Source: Amoebidium appalachense (taxonomy: Eukaryota; Protista; Ichthyosporea). From it: a stretch of DNA of 64,000 nucleotides. The notes below the pieces were generated by a model. It was not told where the DNA came from, searched no databases, and saw only the letters and a list, made by a program, of their open reading frames with translations. Below, piece by piece: positions 55,098-64,000 of this stretch (within the stretch, counting starts at the first letter, position 1; each line of letters opens with the position of its first letter). The position numbers and the translations under genes are program-made. The stretch covers positions 3,488,259 through 3,552,258 of the forward strand of contig CAVNZM010000002.1 of assembly GCA_963693365.1 (NCBI GenBank). The letters are read 5' to 3'.

Positions 55098-55599
55098 GGG
55101 GGGGGGGGGGTAGTAGAATGTGCGATGACAAACACAGGTGCAGGACACATGCACGGGCAAACATTGAAGTATGCAATATCAAATTCGCGTGCAGTATGCC
55201 GCATATGCAGAGCCCATCCTCAAGGAGGGGGGGGGAGGAGGGGGGGGGGGGGGGGGGGGGGGAAGAATAGAATGTGCTACAGGGCACGAACAAATATTCG
55301 TGACTTACAACACAATGCATTTTGCAAAGCACACATGGAGAGTATGCATCATAAGCAGAGTGCACCATACCGATTCTTGAGGGGAAGATACTGTGGAGAT
55401 ATAATAACATGTGAAGAAGCTGATTGAGATATACCGATTATAGAGGGGAAGATATTGTAGGGATACAATAACATATGGAAAAGTTAAATGAAATATACCG
55501 ACTTTCAAAGGGAAGATGGTGGGGGGGGGGGGGGGGGGGGGTATAATGCCAAATGGTGAATTTTGAATGCAATACACCGATTTTTGAGGGGAAGAAAGT

Positions 55600-55631
<32 letters not shown>

Positions 55632-56048
55632 ATAATGACACATAGGGAAGTTGAATGAGATATACCGATTTTTGAGGGGAAGATAGTCTCGTCGTCCAAT
55701 TGATTCTGCACCCAAGTCATAAGGTAGTCGATGTACTCTGGGGCACTGCACTTGATGGGCTTCTTGATAGCTACACCGTCAGCCCACTGGTACTCGTATC
55801 TGTGTGTACGTGTGTGTGTGTACGTGTGTGTACGTGTGTGTACGTGTGTGTGTGTGTGTGCGCGCGCGCGCGAGTGTCTGTGGTGTGTGTGCTTGGTGGC
55901 GGGGGGAGGGGGAGGGGGGAGGGGGGGGGGGGAGGAGGGGTTAGAATGTGTTATGGAGAATGAAGCACATTGATAGCCGGACAACACAACGGCACATAAA
56001 GAGTATGCATAACAAGCAGAGCCCATCCTCCGGGGGAGGAGGGGGGGG

Positions 56049-56081
<33 letters not shown>

Positions 56082-56624
56082 TGGATGAGTGGATGTGCGT
56101 GTCTGTGTGTGAGTCTCTCTCTCTCTGTGTGTGTGTCTATGTGTTATGTGTGTGTGTGTGTGTACACGTGCACGCGCGTGTGCGTGTGTGGGTATGAATG
56201 TGTGATCGGATGCATTGTCCAGACGGATGCTGCGAGTGTACGTCGGGTGGAACAGGAGGCAATAAAGTGTTGATGAGTGTGCACACACACGTTTCACCAT
56301 ACGTATTTCCCGTTGTCCTCTTATCTCTGCTACCCTATTTCCACTTTCCCCCCCCCCCTCCCCCCCCCCCCCCCCCTCCTCCCCCCACCTCTCCCCGCCT
56401 CCCCCCTCTCCCCTTCCCCCCCCCCCTTTCCTTACATGCCCACCCACCCATCGACTCACCCACTATCACATGCTTACACACAGAGGCATGGTCACAGTTG
56501 CACTCCCCCTTTGTCCCCCCCCACCTCCCCCCCCCCCCCCCCCTCCCCCTCCCCACCCCACCCCCCAAACACACACACACACACACGTCTCCCTTTCCCC
56601 CTCTCCCCCTTCCCCCCCCCCCCC

Positions 56625-56704
<80 letters not shown>

Positions 56705-57020
56705 CTATATCCTCTACCTGGGGCCAGCAGACATTGTCGGGCACTCATCCTGGGTGCAGAACTCTGTGATGGTACCGTAGAGCATGTTGATCTGGTTATA
56801 GAAGTCCACCGCTGAGAAAAATAAAAAAAGGAAAAAGGAAAAAAAAAGAAGAAAAAAAAGAAGGGAGAAGGAAAGGAAATATGTCAGTGTTTATGTGCGT
56901 ATGGGTTCCTTTTTAGTGATGAGCAATTGTATGTGTGGATGGGGAAAATTGTATTTGTTTGTGGTAGGGGGGACGACGGGTAGGTGGGGAGCCGGACCAG
57001 GGAGGAAAATTGGGTGGTGG

Positions 57021-57053
<33 letters not shown>

Positions 57054-58113
57054 GGGGGAGGGGGAGGGGGGGGGGGGGGTTGGATTGGGCAGAATGCGTT
57101 TTCAAGTGTGAAATACACGTTCATAACGGTCAACACAATGCAGAGTGCAAGCCAGACATAAAACATACGCATAATCAGCAGAGCCCATCCTCAGGGGCCC
57201 CGCCGGAGGAGGAGAAGGGGGGAGAGGAGAAGGGAAGGAGGGGGGTTGGGGTGGGGGTGGGGGGGGGGGGAGGGGGGGGGGCGGGAGGATTGAATGCGGA
57301 ACACGGTACGAAGTACGTATACACGAAGGACACATGCAAAGGCAAACATTCAAGTATGCAACATAGCCATGCGCACAGTATGCGTCATAAGCAGAGCCCA
57401 TCCTCAGGGAGGGCCCAAGTCATCAATTGTGTCTGAGTTTCGACCCCTTAGCCTGCGTATTTACGACTCTCCAACTCAGACAGCAGCATCAACTGAACTT
57501 GGGAGGGTCAACCCGTCTTGATCAGAGAGGGTTGCTTATGCAAGCAAGGTGAGCAAAACGGTGAATATGTGTGTGCAAACTAATGCAGTGCAGCGAAAAA
57601 TGTGTATGTTCTTACAGATGCACGACACCAAGCAACCATGCCCGGTTGCATGGAAGTAAAGCGGTCTCCACACAGTGGTCTCTTTTGAAAGGACACCTCT
57701 GAAAGAAGACTGGGGGGGTTTGAATGCGGAACACGGTACGAAGTACGCATACACGAAGGACACATGCAAAGGCAAACATTCAAGTATGCAACATAGCCAT
57801 GCGAACAGTATGGGGGGGGGGGGGGGGGGGGAGGGGGCGAAGGGTAATAAGGTCTCAACGTACTGTTTACAGCAATCCACTCGTTCAGGTCCTCGCCCTC
57901 GGGCAGGGACACGGCCAGGCGCAGATTGCCCGAGCCCAGGGTGGCCTCAGCATACTTCTTGAGCTGGTACTGCTTGGAGCCCTCGGGTATCTGCTTCTTG
58001 GACCGGAACGTCTTGCTGTTCTTCTGGTTGCTGTGTGTGTGTGTTTGGGTGGGTGGGTGGGATGGGGGGGGGGGGGGGGGGGGGGGGGAGGAGGGGGGTG
58101 GGGGGTGGGGGGT

Positions 58114-58148
<35 letters not shown>

Positions 58149-58293
58149 GGAGGGGGCGGGAGAAGGGGGAGAGGGGGGGAGGGGATGGGCAGGGGGAGGG
58201 GAAGAGGAGGGAGGGTGGGGGGTGATGGGGCGAGGGGTGGGCAGCGGGGGGAGGGGGGACGGGAAAGGGGGGAGAAAGGGGAGGGAGGGGGGG

Positions 58294-58387
<94 letters not shown>

Positions 58388-58913
58388 GTGTGTTTGTTAG
58401 AATGCTGAACCCGGCACGTACAACTGTACGATGAGAAACACGGTGCAGGGCACATGCATCAAGTATGCAACATCAGTGACGTGCTGGGAGGGGGGCGGGG
58501 GGTAGGACGTGTTGCAGGGTAGGAAGTACACATTCACGACGGACAGAACAGTGCAGATTGTGCAGAAATCAATAAAGGGCACAAAGGGTTAGGGTGTGTG
58601 TTTGGGTGGGAGGGACGGGTGTGGGTGGGAAAGGGGGTGGGGTGGGGTGGGGTGGGGTGGGGTGGGGGGGGGGGCGATGTATGCGTTAGAGGGTTGGAAA
58701 TATGGAGGAGACAATAAAGAGCAACAACAAAACGTCACAAAAGTGGGAAATCCAAAATCAAGGCAAAAGATACGTGAACAGAGCCCATCATCGGGAGAGG
58801 GGGGGGGGGGGGGGGGGGGGGGGGGGAATAAAGGAGCCAGGGAAAGTGGTTGAAAAGGGTGGAGAAAGTAAACAGTTGTGGTGAATGTGTGTACATGTTT
58901 TTTTTTTTTGTTT

Positions 58914-58944
<31 letters not shown>

Positions 58945-59738
58945 GGGGGGGGGGGTACGCGCGCGCGTGTGTGTCTGTGTGTGCGCGCGCAGGTGTTTGT
59001 GTGCGTGCATGCACGCAAGTGAGTGTGCGTGTGTGGTGGTTCTGGTGGAGGTGGTCATGGCGAGATGGAGAGGGAGGGGGGGAGAGGGGAGGGGGGGGGG
59101 GGGGATTGAAAGCAAAATATGCAAAGCACGAGACAGAGAATGAGTCATAAGTAGAGCCCATTTTCAGAGGGAGCCCAAGCCATCCACGGAGGGGCGGGAC
59201 CGCGCACCCGGGGTGGGGTGGGTGGCGGTGGGGGAGGGCGCCCCGAGTGTAAGTATGATGGGAGAAAGGAGGTGAAAAAGATGTAAGGACAGAAGTGCAG
59301 CATTGAGAGAGAGAGGGACATATAGAAATGGACGAGGGATTAGGGTAGAGGGAGGGGAGGGAGGGGGGCTATGGGCAGCAACCCCTGTGTGCAGGGGCAC
59401 AAGTGGGCTGCAGGTCACTTGGAAAAGGAGGGGGGGAAGGGGGGGGGGGGGGGGGGGGGGATGTTTTTTGCAGAAAAAAGTACACATTCATGACGGAAAA
59501 CACAATGCAGAGTGGAAAGCACACATAAAGTGTATGCATAATGGGGGGAAGGGGGGGAGGGGGGGAGCTAGCTGCATGGGAAGTTCCGACACTAAGAGAG
59601 ATGAGAAGCTGGAAAATAAAGCAGGGAGGCTGCGGGGTGGTCACGGAGGGCTGTATAAGTTTGGGTGTGGCATGTCTGTGGTGGGAGCGCGCACGCGCGT
59701 GTGTCTACGTATACGTGTAGGTGGTTGGGTGGGTGTGA

Positions 59739-59828
<90 letters not shown>

Positions 59829-59831
59829 AGG

Positions 59832-59926
<95 letters not shown>

Positions 59927-60386
59927 TGTGTGCACGCGCACGCGCGCGTGTGTTTGTGTGTGTGTGTGTGCTAGGGGTGGGGGGGGGTGGGAGGTGGGAG
60001 GAGAAAGGGGAGGAGGGGGGGGGGACAGGATGAGGGATAAGGTTTGGAGAATAAATTTGGGTGTGGGTGGTGTGCTTTGCCGGTGTGTGCACGGCTGAAT
60101 GTGTGTCTTGTGTAGGCGTGCCCGTTCAAACCACGAGAAATGAAACCTGACTTGTTGTACAAAAAAGGTCACAAACAGCCACTGGACGGACTAGATCAGG
60201 AATGAAGGTTTCTTGCGTGGGATGAGCGCACATGCGTCCCTGTATGCTTTTGTAAGTGAGTAAACCTACACATCAGTGTTCACTTGCGCGTGTGAGTGTG
60301 TGAAAATCAGAAGCAATCTCAGGAGCAGGCCCACCTTGCGGCCCAAGGCATGCAAGGAGCGGTGAAACTTACAATAGGAAAGACAT
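53732..60386 (-). CDS. MOB1: MOB kinase activator 1; exons 60386-60373, 58030-57864, 56811-56718, 55799-55666, 54757-54594, 53806-53732
   Basis: MSFLF...[90 protein letters not shown] and [10 protein letters not shown]. All junctions are in phase. Confidence 0.96.
57290..57812 (-). mobile_element. Intronic structured repeat, ~1.2 units (430-bp unit plus a ~90-bp direct repeat), in MOB1 intron 2
   Basis: TTGAATGCGGAACACGGTACGAAGTACG...CAGTATG occurs at 57290 and again at 57720. Reverse complement of the ferritin-intron copy, hence sense to MOB1. Confidence 0.9.
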
Positions 60387-62525
60387 CTTCGCTTGTTCTG
60401 GTCGTTAGCAACCCCAACAGTTGGAGATTTATGTGTTGTTAGCGAAGATGGAAGAGATATCGAGGTTACAAGAGGTACTTAGAAGTCTCAAGTCGAACTA
60501 GGAGACAATTATTTAAAAGGGGAAATTCTCAGAGGGAGTCCCAGGCTGTTCTTAAATCGCAAAAACCTATCGACGAATCTGGGGAAACTTTTTGGTTCAG
60601 CTGTCAGTAATGCTACTTTTCAGCAACTAGTCTGTATCTGTATCAACTAACCCAAATTTCTTGCCTGCTACCATGTCTGTTTCTGAAAACCTAGAAAGTG
60701 TTTAAATCTAAATCACTCACAACATGGCTCGGCCTTCTACCTCAAAGTGCGTGGGGAAACACTGTTGCCGCCTTTCCCAGTTGCAGCCCAGAAAGTTGTG
60801 CCGTGTTGCCTTAGGCTGAGCCGCTGCCAATCTGTGACAAGTTTGAGCATTTGATTCGCCCACAGCGCATCAAACTAGCCTTATACGGCAGGTGCGGAAT
60901 TTCAGCAACTGTACATGTGGCGCACAGCTGCTGAGCTGTTGCCGGCGCAACTTGCCGCCCTGCGCAGACGTATACAACTGCGCAGGTGTTGTGTTCAGGA
61001 GACCGTACATACTGTACGAGACTACGGGTGCAAAGAGAGAGAGGGAAAGTGAAGGGTAACTATGAGGTGGTCCTTCTCTGCAAGTAAAACCCCCTTCCCA
61101 ACTCACCCCCCCTCCTGTGACTTAACTAATCTCACCCTCAAGGCCCTCTGATTTGACTCAAGCCACGTTGGATCCCCAAGTGGTGAATATTGACCAACAA
61201 ATCTGCGGCTATAGGTGGGGCTAGCCGTTCGAAAGCTTGTGGAACGTTGTCAATGTGGCTCTCACGCCGATGGCAGCTGTGCATGCATTCGGGTGCATAT
61301 TTTTGTCTACACACGCTGGCAAGCTTGTGTGTGTGCACTTTTCAGCTTATCTTGATGTCTGCTCATCTGTGGGTACAGAATCAAGTGGCCCGTGTTCAAT
61401 GGTCACATGGACTGGTGCGTCCAAGTGGATTCAAAACGTGCTTGGGCAACCGCAGGCAGGACCGTGTCCAGGATCACGCACGTGAGTGCTATTGCGAACC
61501 TACTTACTGCGAGCAAACACGCCATACCAGCCGCTTCTGAAAGCGAGAGCTCTTTCTCTTCTCCTTGGCCTTGCGAGTTTCTCAAAGCCATGTGCATCCC
61601 TTAACGGACTAATTAGTCTTAGGGATCAAGGAGAGAAAAGTCACAGATCTAGCTAGAGCAGGTTAAGGGGAGGAGAAAAGAATGCCAGGGTCTGCCACTC
61701 CCTGTGACTCACCCGTGCCACTCCACCCCCCCCCCCCCCCCCCACCCACCCCTCCTCCCTCCCCCCCCCCCCTCCTCTCCCCTCCCCCCCCCCCCCCCGA
61801 TCTACCACATGTACACGCACACATTCACCACACACACCCCACCCAACCCCATAGCCACCAACCACAATGTATCCGCACGTAGTTTTTATAGTGAGTGTAC
61901 TGTTTACTAGAGTGTTGCCACTGCTCGTGGCAGATTTATTGCCAGTTTTTCATTTAGACGGTCTCAGTTTATAACTTGCTATGTCTTCGTGGCCTGGCCC
62001 AACTGGCTTACCGTACCGTGACCAAGCACAGCGGGAGGGGCGGAAGGAAGGGGGGGGGGGGGAGATTAATACCATACTGTTTGCAATTTCTCTTGCTGCA
62101 GCTGCAGCTACCCAGTGGTGGATCTGTAACCCACTAATCGGGTATAACCCCCCCCCCCCCCCCCCCCCCCTCTCTCTCTCTCAGAGCTCTCTCTCTAACC
62201 CCCCCCCCCCCTCCCCCGCCCAACCCTAGGGGAGTCCCTTCCTCCTTCCCCTAGAACACTCTTCAATTGATCCCCCCTTCCAACTTCCCTGTCCCGGCCA
62301 GGACAGCCACACAGCCGCCTAATACACACTTGCACGGTGAGCTCTACATTCTGCATGATAATGAAATTGAGCTCGTCAATCCTACCCTCTATCCCTCCCC
62401 CCTCCCCCCCCCCCTCACCCCCCCCCGCGCCAAAAAAAAAAAAATAAAAATTTGTTACCAAGTTGCCCGTTTTCTTTTTTTTTTTTCTTTCTTTCTTTTT
62501 TTTTTAATATATATATATATATATA

Positions 62526-62579
62526 CCGACATCTATGTACGCCCCGACATCTATGTACGTCCCGACATCTATGTACGTG
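62526..62579. repeat. 18-bp minisatellite, three copies
   Basis: CCGACATCTATGTACG repeated three times with 2-nt spacers. Confidence 0.85.
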
Positions 62580-62672
62580 ATCATGATATACCACTGAGGG
62601 GATATTCCGAGCAAAACCCCCCATACCTGAGACTGGTCTCTCTCTGCCTCGAGTAAACAGCGTAAACTTTCC

Positions 62673-62707
<35 letters not shown>

Positions 62708-63383
62708 TGATCAATAAAAAAAAATGATTTCAAGAAAAAGGTGGGCCCTATATAATTACAGATTCTGAATCCTGAAAGAGTAATCAAAATTTTGAGTTTT
62801 TTTATATTTTATTTTATCAAAGTTTGTTCCCGGAGGGACCCCAGGCCCTTGGGCCCTCATGGGGAACTACCGTCTTCCACCCAACACCAACAGTACTCTA
62901 GCTAGGGTGCTACGGTATTATTAGCTAAAGCTGACACGCCTTTAAACAACCCGAACGATTTGCACAGTTTGCCCAGGGTATTCACCTCAGCCACGCCGGT
63001 GGGTATATCTTATTTTCGACCCACCCCTGTATGCAAGATCTAGACATCTTTTTCGGGCTGGTGGCGCAGAAGGTCTGGAAGCTCTCTTAGCCACAAAACT
63101 CCTATATTTGCTGCCCCCCCCCCCCCCCCGGCTTTCCCCCCACCCACCACTCTCCAGCACACAGACCGTGATGCACAACCCACCCACTTCGAACAAGGGA
63201 ACCATGAACCACCGAGGCTTTCATTCGTTCCCAACTTCTTTTGGGAAAGAGAGATATCATCTCGAAGGTGTCAGAAGGCGGAGGGAGGCCTCGGGGGGAG
63301 GGGGAGAGGGGAAGGAGGGGAAGAGGGGGCCCGGGGGGGGGAAGGGGGGGAGGATGTCTCCAGCTCTGTCCTTTCAAACCTCG

Positions 63384-63477
<94 letters not shown>

Positions 63478-63764
63478 GCACACACACACACACGGTGACA
63501 CACACACACACGTGGCACACCGTGACACACACACACGCACACACTGGCACACGCACACAAACCACTGGGTAATTCGGAGCGATTGAGTAGATGATCATGA
63601 AAGTGGTAAATGCTTTTTGAAGAGTTGCAAGGGTGTTGCTCCACCTGTGTACGTGTGAGGGGATTCGGCACCACAGTTGTGCGTGCAGGTATGTTGTGTG
63701 TGGTTGTGTGTGCCGTGTGTGTGTGTGTGTCTCTGTGCTTGCACACGCGCGTGTGTGTGTATGC

Positions 63765-63808
<44 letters not shown>

Positions 63809-63952
63809 TGTGTGTGTGGCTGCCAGTGACAGTGTGTGTGTGTGTGCAAAGTGTGTGTGACACTGCGTGTGTGTGTGTGTGTGTGTGTGTGATGTGTGAT
63901 GTGTGACGTGTGTGTGTGTGTGTGCATGTGTGTGTGTGTGTGAGCCATGGTA

Positions 63953-63996
<44 letters not shown>

Positions 63997-64000
63997 ACGG

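Noticed and set aside
62113-63029. hAT-like element with CAGTGGTGGATC / GACCCACCCCTG ends
   Set aside because: The ends are only loosely complementary and the flanks (CAGCTACC versus TATGCAAG) show no target-site duplication.

Overview
Eukaryotic, intron-rich genomic DNA. Introns are packed with (CA/GT)n, (CT/GA)n and poly-C/G tracts, so most ORFs in the supplied track are artefacts. Gene content (animal-type ferritin, MOB1 with an apparently animal-like intron pattern) suggests a holozoan, possibly a unicellular one such as an ichthyosporean; this is an inference. Eight spliced genes could be rebuilt by hand with phase-consistent GT-AG junctions: an ankyrin-repeat protein, a family I.5/I.6-like lipase (5' exon not found), Bax inhibitor-1, INO80C/Ies6, an SMP-C2 extended synaptotagmin, glyoxalase II, ferritin and MOB1. 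There is also one single-exon Bni4/Phactr-like PP1-binding ORF. Mobile DNA includes a PIF/Harbinger MITE nested in an hAT-like element that carries a LINE RT fragment. The most striking unexplained signal is a family of ~430-450 bp non-coding elements. Every copy I recognised lies in an intron, in sense orientation to the host gene. The two longest copies are longer-than-unit direct repeats ending at C-tracts. They share a ~160 nt core whose stems covary between divergent copies, making this a candidate structured-RNA, retrozyme-like element. Other oddities are decayed 'echo' copies of exon ends inside introns and splice acceptors preceded by (CA)n instead of a pyrimidine tract.
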